From: Acidimicrobiaceae bacterium
GTDB lineage: Bacteria > Actinomycetota > Acidimicrobiia > Acidimicrobiales > Aldehydirespiratoraceae
Direction of reading: 5' to 3'
DNA length: 64,000 nucleotides
Assembly (NCBI GenBank): GCA_009845995.1
Contig: VXYK01000039.1
Span: 2,640 to 66,639 of the forward strand
Shown here: piece after piece, positions 26,471-34,391 of the stretch
How the letters are laid out: the number at the start of each line of letters is the position of its first letter
How positions within the stretch are numbered: position 1 is the stretch's first letter
The notes under the pieces: generated by a model
Seen by the model: the letters and a program-made list of their open reading frames with translations, nothing else
What the model was told of the DNA's origin: nothing
Databases searched by the model: none
Position numbers and translations under genes: made by a program

Positions 26471-27580
26471 ATGAACAGCCAGAATCCATCGGTCGCCGCT
26501 TGGCGCGAATTCTGTGAGGCGATGGCCGACGCCGGAGAATTGGTGCTCGGTCCCGAAGTGCCCGACAACCCGAATGTCCAGGCTGAGGGGATTCGAGCGC
26601 TGAGCCGCTACCTCACGTTCGCATTGGAACGGTGCCTCGAGCGGGGAGACCCGACCCGACCCGCCTTCGTCGACGTTCAAACCCCGATCCGAAAATATAT
26701 GGGCGACAACCCTGATCAGACCTATTTTTCTGCCGTGGTGAGCGGCGATCGGACCTATCGCATCAGAGCTTCCGCCGCCCGAACAGTGGCGGTCGAGATC
26801 GGCGTGTACGCCGGGGACTTCGGAGCCAACAGCGGAGGTAGGCGACTGGTCAGCGCTGTTGAGGACACCTCTTTGCGCCTCGACGCTGACGGCAACTACG
26901 AACTCCTGTTGACCCCAGACCCAGACCCCGCCGATCCCAACCAACTGCTGCTGGATCCCGATTCCTCCTCAGTGCTGATCCGCACATACTTCACTGATCT
27001 GCATGTCCGTCTGGCTCACCGGGCACCGACGATTGAAGCGATTCCAGCGCCTGAACCCACACCCATGCTCACACCCGAGCACCTGAAACAGAAACTTGAA
27101 ATCGCCGCGTTGCATGCCGTCGGTTCGTTCCGGTGGTGGGGGCAGTTCAGCTCTCAAGGGCATAAATTCGCGCCAGTCAACACCTTCGCCCCGCTACCCG
27201 ACGAAGGCGACATACACACCCCCGAGAATGTGCGATATTTCTCCGGTGACTGGCAACTGGCACCAGACGAGGCACTGGTGATCGACTTCGATCCTTCAGC
27301 CGGCGCCGACTACTGGGGAGTGGTCCTGATAACTCACTGGGGTGAGACCGTCGACTGGTTGACCCGCCCGACCGTCATCAACAAAGAGACTGCGGCGCGT
27401 CGCCAGGACGGATCAGTGCGTATCGTCGTGGCACACGAGGACCCCGGGGTCCCCAACTGGCTCGACACCGCCGGCCACCCCTCCGGATCTCTGAGCCTGC
27501 GCTGGTTCCGCTCCGATGCTCCACTGCCGACCGCGCAGTCGCGAGTTGTGCCGGTGGGCCAAGCGGCTGCACTCGATTAG
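26471..27580 (+). CDS. Hypothetical protein (possibly DUF1214-type)
   Basis: 369 aa with coding-like composition. KYMGDNPDQTYF resembles DUF1214 proteins as I remember them. Function not supported further. Confidence 0.45.
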   Translation: MNSQNPSVAAWREFCEAMADAGELVLGPEVPDNPNVQAEGIRALSRYLTFALERCLERGDPTRPAFVDVQTPIRKYMGDNPDQTYFSAVVSGDRTYRIRASAARTVAVEIGVYAGDFGANSGGRRLVSAVEDTSLRLDADGNYELLLTPDPDPADPNQLLLDPDSSSVLIRTYFTDLHVRLAHRAPTIEAIPAPEPTPMLTPEHLKQKLEIAALHAVGSFRWWGQFSSQGHKFAPVNTFAPLPDEGDIHTPENVRYFSGDWQLAPDEALVIDFDPSAGADYWGVVLITHWGETVDWLTRPTVINKETAARRQDGSVRIVVAHEDPGVPNWLDTAGHPSGSLSLRWFRSDAPLPTAQSRVVPVGQAAALD

Positions 27581-27621
27581 CCGGGCTTGAATTGAGTCGC
27601 CTCCCAACCGGGGCGAACCCC

Positions 27622-28038
27622 TTAGGGACGGACTGCAAAAGCTTGGCGCCGGTGGGGGCCGTAGCGGTATATGCGAAAGTCGATATCCAAGGCGAGGGCG
27701 TCAGTGATGGCCAGACGTTCCATCAGGGCCCAACTGATGCGGTCGGTAAGGCTGAACTCCTGGTCGCCAAAGTCAATCAGGACTGCAGCAGCGGCCTCAA
27801 GATCGGCACTGGTAGCACATTCGACCCGAGCAACGCTGGCGACTGCGGCAACGACGCTATTGGCGGTGTAGTGGTCTGTGCGCGCATTTACGAGGTTCCA
27901 CAGTTCTGCGAGCACCAAGTCGCTGGTGATCAGCGCGCCAGATTGTTCTGTGAGGAGCAGCCGCGCCAACTCGCTGTGGGCATCGCCGTCGGCGGCTGCT
28001 GCATACCAAATGCTGGTGTCCACAAACGCTGGCGGCAC
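27622..28038 (-). CDS. vapC: PIN-domain toxin (VapC-like)
   Basis: Acidic PIN residues in FVDTS, LAEL, SLTDRIS and ALDIDF. 3 nt downstream of an RHH antitoxin gene. Confidence 0.75.
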   Translation of the reverse strand: MPPAFVDTSIWYAAAADGDAHSELARLLLTEQSGALITSDLVLAELWNLVNARTDHYTANSVVAAVASVARVECATSADLEAAAAVLIDFGDQEFSLTDRISWALMERLAITDALALDIDFRIYRYGPHRRQAFAVRP

Positions 28039-28041
28039 GGT

Positions 28042-28290
28042 CTAGAGTCCCTTGGCCGCGAATTGCTTGTCGATCGCCTCACTGATCATCGCCTGCTTCC
28101 CGTCGGCTATTCTCGAACCTTCACTGTCGAAGAGTCCGAAGACCACCGACGGGTCTTTTGGGGCTTCGCCTTGTTGTAGGTCACGAGCCACCAGTCCACG
28201 GATGTACTCCGACAAAGAGATGCCCTGGGAAGTCGCTTTGCGCTTGGCTTCGGCATGGTGGTGGTCGGGAAGCAGGATCATCGTTCTCAT
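28042..28290 (-). CDS. vapB: Ribbon-helix-helix antitoxin (VapB-like)
   Basis: MRTMILLPDHHHAEAKRKATSQGISLSEYIRGLVARDL. Confidence 0.7.
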   Translation of the reverse strand: MRTMILLPDHHHAEAKRKATSQGISLSEYIRGLVARDLQQGEAPKDPSVVFGLFDSEGSRIADGKQAMISEAIDKQFAAKGL

Positions 28291-28423
28291 GGTTCGTGTA
28301 GCATAACAGGCATAGCATTACTTATGCCATCAATGACTTCGGCGTCACAGTCCAAGGCCGCACGGACAACTGTTTGCGCCTCTCTATGCAGACGACCGCC
28401 GCATCGGGGAGATCGTGGTCGCA

Positions 28424-28846
28424 CTACAACGGGTTCTCCCAGCGGACTTCGCCGAACCGTCCGAAGTCGGTGTCGGCGCTCATGATCGTCAAGCCGTGCT
28501 CAACGGCGAGCGCGGCCAGCATCGCATCGGGGACCAGGTTGGCAGTCACCCCGTGTCGGACGATCAGGCCTCCGAAGATCGTCACTGTCCTCTGAGTCGC
28601 CGGAGGAATCCAACACACCTCCGCGTCGACCCACGCCTGAACGCAGGCCCACGCTTGGTCGGGATTCAACGGGTGCGCGTTGATGCGGGGATTCGTGACA
28701 ATGCGGACGAACGCGCCGAGCGTCTGCCACGGCAAACCGACCCGGCTGTTCCCTCTCAGCACTCCGACCAGCCACTCCTCGGCCCGTGTGTTGTGGACCG
28801 AAGACCTGTCCACGGCATACAACAGGAGATTCGCGTCAACCAGCAC
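28424..28846 (-). CDS. vapC: PIN-domain toxin (VapC, mycobacterial-type)
   Basis: MLVDANLLLYAVD ... LVPDAMLAALAVEHGLTIMSADTDFGRF. Confidence 0.8.
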   Translation of the reverse strand: MLVDANLLLYAVDRSSVHNTRAEEWLVGVLRGNSRVGLPWQTLGAFVRIVTNPRINAHPLNPDQAWACVQAWVDAEVCWIPPATQRTVTIFGGLIVRHGVTANLVPDAMLAALAVEHGLTIMSADTDFGRFGEVRWENPL

Positions 28847-28849
28847 GGG

Positions 28850-29074
28850 TCAGTCAAGCTCGTCAAGCAGCGCGAGGACCTCACCGATGTTGCTGACATC
28901 AATCTTCATCCCCACATCGAAGCTCAGGTGTTCGTATTGAGGAGTAGTCGCACGCTCGGCGAGACCCTTTCGCACGAGCCGGTTGACAGCTTCGCTGACA
29001 CCGACGTTCGCAGTTCTGCGGACCTCATCGACAGCGGCTGCCACATCATCAGCCAAGGTCACGGTGGTACGCAT
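28850..29074 (-). CDS. vapB: Ribbon-helix-helix (CopG-like) antitoxin (VapB-like)
   Basis: MRTTVTLADDVAAAVDEVRRTANVGVSEAVNRLVRKGL. 3-nt gap to the PIN gene. Confidence 0.7.
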   Translation of the reverse strand: MRTTVTLADDVAAAVDEVRRTANVGVSEAVNRLVRKGLAERATTPQYEHLSFDVGMKIDVSNIGEVLALLDELD

Positions 29075-29111
29075 GGCCCAAGACTAGCATCACTATGCAG
29101 TGATAACAACA

Positions 29112-30491
29112 TCATGACGCTCTAGCTGCGAGGGCCGGCACCAGCGCGGACAGCGCCGCTGCGTAGCCCAACGGCGCAGCGACTGCATCTCCTATCCATT
29201 TCGCAAGCTGGGCCCTCGTAGGTGTAGTGTCGGGACTGGGTCGAAAGAAGTAGCTGTCCGGAAAGCCCTGCAGTCGAGCTGCTTCGGCCGCGGTGAGCGT
29301 TCGGCGCTCCGTGGGATGCACGAAGCGACCTCGCCCCGGGGTCATGAAGCCGGTCGTGATCGTGGGCGCGGGTCGATCGCCGTGCATGCGTCCGTAAACC
29401 GCCCCATAGCTGGTTCCTTCTTGGTGGCATTCCGGCCGCTCAGCGAGCGCCAAGTCATGCTCGTCGTTGTCAAACAGCCAGGCGATCCGCTCGCGTGTCA
29501 CTTCGGTGAACTCGGGGAAGTCGTGCATGGCCGGGTCGTCGGACAATGACTGACCACCACAGATTGCCCACTCCACCGAACGAGCTCGCTCTTGGGCCAG
29601 CATGTCGCGCACCTCGGCCAGAGGTATCGGTCCCGAACGGCCGGGGGCGTCGAAACGGCGAGCGATCAAAAAATGACGTCGCCGGGTCTGAGGCCAGCCC
29701 ATCTCATCCGCAGCCAGGACGCCTTCTGTCACCTCGTAGCCGTTGGCAATCAACAGCGCCGTGGCGGTAGCAACCACGTCCGCCCCGTCGTGAACCACGG
29801 AGGTGACGTTTTCGATGGCGACACTTCGAGCTCGACAAGCAACGGCGAACGCCGGTACATCCAGGTACAGGAGGTTGCGGCGGTCGGTTCGTCGGGAGCG
29901 GTTGTTCAGATTCGAATGGCCCTGACAAGGCGGGCCCGCGGTCAGCAAGTCGATGTCTTCACACCCTGAAGACAGCCCGTCGTCAAGGATCTCGGGCGGA
30001 TACACGAACTCCGCGTCCGTACCCGATCCACGAATCCGGTAGTCAACCAGCGAGGTCACGGAAGCCGCAACGGTCCGGCGAGTTCCATGGTTGCGCCGAT
30101 GCACTTCCAGTGCGTCGGCGTCGATGTCAACGGCCAACTCGCAGCGTTGCTCCGCGCCTGCTTCAACAGCCAGTTGCCCCGTGCCGACCAAGAATCCACC
30201 GATTCCGCTGAACAGGTCCGCGACCCGAAGCACCAACTTCTCATCGGGCCGCCTAAAGAGTCCGGCAGACGGCATGGTTCCTTGCATGAGCGCTAGCCAC
30301 CAAGCACCCATGGGGTCCGCCCGAACCGAACCACCGTTCATCGAAGCTGACTCTTCAAGGGTTACATGCGAACGAATCTCCCCCGAACCAATCGCCACAG
30401 AACGCACCAACTGGTCGCCGTCAAAGAGAGTGACCGAACGCGCCGAGCCGTTACCCAACGTTGCCGAGTCGGCCACGTTTCCGAGACTCAC
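29112..30491 (-). CDS. DNA (cytosine-5)-methyltransferase
   Basis: Motif I VADLFSGIGGF, motif IV LTAGPPCQGHS, motif VI AIENV, motif VIII QTRRRHFLIA, motif IX/X AARLQGFPDSY ... GDAVAAPL. The GTG 30491 start gives about a 95 aa N-terminal extension, and internal ATGs are possible starts. Confidence 0.9.
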   Translation of the reverse strand: MSLGNVADSATLGNGSARSVTLFDGDQLVRSVAIGSGEIRSHVTLEESASMNGGSVRADPMGAWWLALMQGTMPSAGLFRRPDEKLVLRVADLFSGIGGFLVGTGQLAVEAGAEQRCELAVDIDADALEVHRRNHGTRRTVAASVTSLVDYRIRGSGTDAEFVYPPEILDDGLSSGCEDIDLLTAGPPCQGHSNLNNRSRRTDRRNLLYLDVPAFAVACRARSVAIENVTSVVHDGADVVATATALLIANGYEVTEGVLAADEMGWPQTRRRHFLIARRFDAPGRSGPIPLAEVRDMLAQERARSVEWAICGGQSLSDDPAMHDFPEFTEVTRERIAWLFDNDEHDLALAERPECHQEGTSYGAVYGRMHGDRPAPTITTGFMTPGRGRFVHPTERRTLTAAEAARLQGFPDSYFFRPSPDTTPTRAQLAKWIGDAVAAPLGYAAALSALVPALAARAS

Positions 30492-30576
30492 GCCGCTTTC
30501 CTCTCAAATCGCATCTCCACGATCATCAGTTGAGCACGCCGCGGTGACATCGGGCCAACCGATCCATCGTCGTTGC

Positions 30577-31083
30577 TCACCGGAGTTGCCGCTCCCATAG
30601 TTCTTCGACCAGCGCGTCAGCGGCTTCGTCGTCAAGCATGGCGGGTAAAAGATTTTGCAGCGTGCGGTTCAGTTGCTTGGCGAACTCTCGCAGCGGAGTA
30701 GTCGCCAACCGAGTGGACTCCTCCGCTTGGCGGCGAGCCATCGCCCGCACGATCCCAGGATGCTCCCCGGCCTTCACTCGCAGGATGTGACTGCGCCAGA
30801 AATCGGTGCTGCCCTCGGCCCTGAAGGCCAAGTCGAGTTCTTGACCTCCGAGCACGTTGACCCTCAGCCACATTCGCGACGGTACGCACTCATGAAACCT
30901 GCGTCCGTCGATATAGACCGCGAACTTCCGACCCGGGGAACTGACGGGCTCTCCTGAGGCCTCAGGTCTCGGAAACAGTGTGCCGTGTTCGCGCCAAACC
31001 GCGAAGTTCCACAGGTGCGCGATAGCCAGATGGCACCAGAAGTCGGGATCGTCAAGCATCGCAACGTCGGCCCCCCCCGTCAC
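30577..31083 (-). CDS. Hypothetical protein (160-168 aa), member of the candidate operon
   Basis: Start at GTG 31083 or ATG 31059 (MLDDPDFWCHLAIAHLWNFAVWREHG...). GC3-rich coding look. Overlaps the upstream ORF stop by 8-32 nt. No motif recognised. Confidence 0.55.
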   Translation of the reverse strand: MTGGADVAMLDDPDFWCHLAIAHLWNFAVWREHGTLFPRPEASGEPVSSPGRKFAVYIDGRRFHECVPSRMWLRVNVLGGQELDLAFRAEGSTDFWRSHILRVKAGEHPGIVRAMARRQAEESTRLATTPLREFAKQLNRTLQNLLPAMLDDEAADALVEELWERQLR

Positions 31084-31387
31084 TCATCGCTCGGTGCAGC
31101 ACCAACGAAGCCTTGCCTTCAATGTTGTCCTTGCGCGCACCACTGAGGTCGGCCGGATGCGAGTAGATCAGTTCCTCAATCTCGCGTCGCGCCTCTGCCA
31201 GTACTTCGTCGGGGAACTCATCGCCTTCACCGCTCCAGTGTTCCTTGCCATTCAAGTCGTCCTGCAATGCGTCGACGACGGCCGAAGCAACAGGTTGTCC
31301 GGTCTGATCGAGTCCGGCGCGCAACCGAGCGATCCGGCGCTCCGAGATCTCAAGGGCCTCAGCACGCGTAAGTGTCAGATACCTCAC
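31052..31387 (-). CDS. Hypothetical protein (111 aa), member of the candidate operon
   Basis: GTG 31387 overlaps the stop of the upstream 74 aa ORF (GTGA). Helical, acidic sequence (RAEALEISERRIARLRAGLDQ...EVLAEARREIEELIYSHP). No motif recognised. Confidence 0.5.
   Translation of the reverse strand: MRYLTLTRAEALEISERRIARLRAGLDQTGQPVASAVVDALQDDLNGKEHWSGEGDEFPDEVLAEARREIEELIYSHPADLSGARKDNIEGKASLVLHRAMSDGGGRRCDA
31071..31078. repeat. C8/G8 homopolymer tract at the junction of two overlapping ORFs
   Basis: Read directly: gtcgg cccccccc gtcac. On the coding (minus) strand it reads GAC GGG GGG GGC, five codons before the stop of the 111 aa ORF. Confidence 0.9.
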
Positions 31388-31608
31388 GTTGTCGCCCTGA
31401 GCATTTTGTTGACCCTCTCACGCAGGCCGATAACGTCCTCAGCCCGCGCTACGACGTAGGTCGGCCGATCCCGGCAGTCGCGAAGCATGCGATCTCGCGT
31501 TTCGACACCTGGCGCGACCAGCTGCACGACCTTGCCGATGATCGAGTCCTTGACGTCGTCGTAGGAAGCAGAGATACTGTTGCCCGAGACCCTCGCGTAC
31601 TCGAACAC
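31384..31608 (-). CDS. Hypothetical small protein (74 aa), member of the candidate operon
   Basis: GTG start 33 nt after the upstream stop. Codons are strongly GC3-biased (TTC GAG TAC GCG ... GTC AAG GAC TCG ATC ATC GGC AAG GTC GTG CAG CTG). Confidence 0.45.
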   Translation of the reverse strand: MFEYARVSGNSISASYDDVKDSIIGKVVQLVAPGVETRDRMLRDCRDRPTYVVARAEDVIGLRERVNKMLRATT

Positions 31609-31641
31609 TACGGCGCTAACGAAGTCCAGGAGGAGTTGCTG

Positions 31642-32385
31642 CTAGAACCACACAGCTGCCTTGGACGCGCTGTTCGCGTTGAGCGCCGCCAACGTTTCCT
31701 CATCGACCAACACGTCGACATCGGGCGTGCCTTCGATCACCTCCGCCAAGTCTTGACCTCCGAGGTCGATGAAGCGGAGGGTTCCCTGGGGGAGTCCGAA
31801 TTCTTCTCTCTTGGCCTCGGTCAACGGTCGCGGCCGGAACAGCACAGCGCTAGAGGCGCGTGCGTCAAGTCGGAACGTCGCCCGGGCGAGCCAGGAGCTC
31901 GACCGCTTCGGCAGTCTCCGCTCGGCCAACGTGCCGGATGTCCAGTCCGGCGACAACGCCACGTACGCGTCGATCACGGCACCGTGGCTTCCAGCGCAGA
32001 ACACCGGCGTACGATCTCCGTTCGGACGCCGATCGAGGCGAGTGCACCGTTCGAGATCTTCGAGCCTCTCAAGCCCATGATCAACGAGCTTCTCAGCGAG
32101 CTTGAGGCTGCCAGATCTGGCCACGACCACCAGGCGAAGCCACCGGGGATGGACCCCGATCTCCAGAGCCGCGTTGGTCAACTTCGTCCGGAATCGGTCG
32201 AAGTCGCCCTCGGCCGCCCAAACAAGCCGCACTTCACGTCGGACAAATGTGCCGTCATCAACAGTAAGGCTTGACCCGGCCCGGCAGGGAAGGTCGTCGT
32301 CAAGCAGTACCTCGGTCTCACTCAGCGAAGAACTCAGAGCCGAACCTACGGTGTAGGGACGAACCGTTCGCTTCTCGCGACTCAT
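31642..32385 (-). CDS. Hypothetical protein (247 aa), member of the candidate operon
   Basis: ATG 32385 overlaps the GHKL ORF stop (ATGA). No motif recognised. The plus-strand 300 aa ORF opposite is judged a shadow. Confidence 0.6.
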   Translation of the reverse strand: MSREKRTVRPYTVGSALSSSLSETEVLLDDDLPCRAGSSLTVDDGTFVRREVRLVWAAEGDFDRFRTKLTNAALEIGVHPRWLRLVVVARSGSLKLAEKLVDHGLERLEDLERCTRLDRRPNGDRTPVFCAGSHGAVIDAYVALSPDWTSGTLAERRLPKRSSSWLARATFRLDARASSAVLFRPRPLTEAKREEFGLPQGTLRFIDLGGQDLAEVIEGTPDVDVLVDEETLAALNANSASKAAVWF

Positions 32386-34391
32386 GGGTCGCGCCTAGTG
32401 AAACCGGATCTTTGTTCGGCTCCTGCCGACACGAAGTCCGCGTCGACGGTGAGTTCGACTGTCCAATCAGGTTCATACGGCTCGCAGCTGTACTCGAACA
32501 CAACTTCTTGACCTGCTTCGAGACGTCCCATGAAAATGTCGGGTCTCTCGGGGTCCCGGCCAAATCCTCGAGGGGCGTCGATCTCGATCTCCAGCAAATC
32601 CGAGCGGCGGTCCTCAGCGACAAAGCCGCATCGGATCGCCACCTCAACCTCATCACGGGGGTCAACCACATGATCGTGGTGCGCGCTGAAACCGATTTTC
32701 GCCGTTCCGCTGAGTTCAAGCCGACCATCGGGAGCTTCGGTGAGCCGTTGGCCCGGTTCAATTGTGAAGGGCCGCGGACCAGCCTGCGGTGGCGACTGCC
32801 TACCGCGGGCCAATCCGCGCAGCAGCAGACGCATGAGACGATCCCATTCGGGCAGGCGTAGCTGGTCGGCATCGGGAGTCCGTGGCCTGATGCTGCGGCT
32901 GAACTGGGCGACGTGATCCTTGATCCGATCCAGGACAAATCTCGCGACCGCGGTGTCCTCGGGCCGGACATCGGAACCGTCACTGGTTGACTCCCAAGCG
33001 TCGTGCAGTTTCGGCTCGGTCTGCCGCAGCGCTTCGTTGACCGCTTCGTCCGCAACGAAGACTCCGCGAATGTGCGGAGCTTTCTTCCGGGCCTCGAAGT
33101 GCTCCACGACCATGCGCGGCGATCGCACGAGTGCTACGAGGCTGCGATGCTCAACCTCGTCGTCATCTAGATCATCCGGGTCGTCCGGTGCCGGCTGCGA
33201 CCAGCCCGGCAGTTCGGTGACCAGACCTAGATCCCCGACCTTTTTGTTACCGGCGTGAGGACCCAGCTCATGCTTGCGGGCATTGTCCCGTTTGGCGTCC
33301 TGAGAGGTCGTCGCCACCTGATAGGCATCGATGAACGGGCGCAGATTCGGGTTTGACTTCGGACGCGGGACAAGTCCCCCCGCAGTTTCCGGCGCGGTCT
33401 CGTTGACGATGCTCACGTCGAACTGCAGTTCACCGCCGTCCTCCAAGGCCGGCCACCAATAGCGTTCAACGGCACGTTTGAGGTCAGCCGGATCCACCGT
33501 CGGACAAACCAACAGCATCGTCGTGCCGATCTGTTCCGGGTACTCCGCGGAGCGCAGTTCCAACCCTAGACCGGCCGCTAGTTCGTCAGCCTCCCCGTCT
33601 TCCGCGGGGACGATCTCGTCCCGGCTACCGCGTTCGGAACCGTAGTGCGCCCAGCCCTCATGGTGCTTACCATCAACTTCGTGCGGTCCCCAGTAGGTCA
33701 TGCCGAGAAGACGGCGCGTCACGAAATTGTCTTCAGCCAAACCGCCGAAGCACGAGTAGGCGATCACGGTTCGGATGGCGGACGCACGGATCAGGCCGGC
33801 CTTGCCGTAGCCGAAGGAGCCGCCCCGCCCATCGGAGGCCGGGGTGAATCCGGTGCTGCACATCGCCAGCCAGAGTTTCGACTGCTGGGTACCCCAACCA
33901 CCGCCCATACCTCCCCCGCCGGACTCTTTGACCTCCAAGAGACGCAGGTCTCCACCTCGGCTGAGTTCGGCAAAGCAGTCGCTCTCGGCTAGGCCGATAT
34001 GTCGCCTGTCTTCAACCCGCGCAGCCCGATCTTCAAGTTCATCCAAACCGAAGCGGTTGATCAGCGCGTCGGCTTCATCACCGTCGACATCGAAGAAGCG
34101 GAAGCGGATCTCAAAAGGCAGCCGCTCTTCAGGTGCTTGCGACCTTCGACGTTCCATCGCCGCGTCCCAGGCATTCTGTATCGCTTCGCGGGCCAGCAGT
34201 GCAGCGTCGGGAGGGATCGCATCCGCGGAAAAGAACCCGGGTGCCTTCACCTCTTCGTTTCGGAAGACCTTCGCCAAGTCGCCACTGGCACCGAACGTGG
34301 TGGCATTGACCACAGGCCACGACCATCTAGGTGAACGCATCGCCGGGAGTGTAGGCGATTTGGACCACTCGGTTGCCAGCCGCGGATCCAC
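32382..34391 (-). CDS. GHKL (Bergerat-fold, MORC/Hsp90-like) ATPase-domain protein with a long uncharacterised C-terminal region
   Basis: N-box LLAREAIQNAWDA, a Gly-rich block LLEVKESGGGGMGGGWG (G1-like, with E in place of D), and a G2-like RGGSFGYGKAG. About 420 further residues carry no motif I recognise. The start is either GTG 34391 (abutting the tag stop) or ATG 34340. Confidence 0.7.
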   Translation of the reverse strand: MDPRLATEWSKSPTLPAMRSPRWSWPVVNATTFGASGDLAKVFRNEEVKAPGFFSADAIPPDAALLAREAIQNAWDAAMERRRSQAPEERLPFEIRFRFFDVDGDEADALINRFGLDELEDRAARVEDRRHIGLAESDCFAELSRGGDLRLLEVKESGGGGMGGGWGTQQSKLWLAMCSTGFTPASDGRGGSFGYGKAGLIRASAIRTVIAYSCFGGLAEDNFVTRRLLGMTYWGPHEVDGKHHEGWAHYGSERGSRDEIVPAEDGEADELAAGLGLELRSAEYPEQIGTTMLLVCPTVDPADLKRAVERYWWPALEDGGELQFDVSIVNETAPETAGGLVPRPKSNPNLRPFIDAYQVATTSQDAKRDNARKHELGPHAGNKKVGDLGLVTELPGWSQPAPDDPDDLDDDEVEHRSLVALVRSPRMVVEHFEARKKAPHIRGVFVADEAVNEALRQTEPKLHDAWESTSDGSDVRPEDTAVARFVLDRIKDHVAQFSRSIRPRTPDADQLRLPEWDRLMRLLLRGLARGRQSPPQAGPRPFTIEPGQRLTEAPDGRLELSGTAKIGFSAHHDHVVDPRDEVEVAIRCGFVAEDRRSDLLEIEIDAPRGFGRDPERPDIFMGRLEAGQEVVFEYSCEPYEPDWTVELTVDADFVSAGAEQRSGFTRRDP

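Noticed and set aside
25056-26489. 477 aa minus-strand ORF opposite the phosphotransferase gene
   Set aside because: The plus-strand frame carries recognisable APH-type catalytic motifs. The minus-strand product is a low-complexity V/G/L/H/R-rich sequence. I treat it as a shadow ORF.
31372-32274. 300 aa plus-strand ORF inside the candidate GHKL-methyltransferase operon
   Set aside because: It overlaps three minus-strand ORFs that are linked by start/stop overlaps and show stronger GC3 bias. Accepting it would break an otherwise regular co-directional operon. Expression data could overturn this call.
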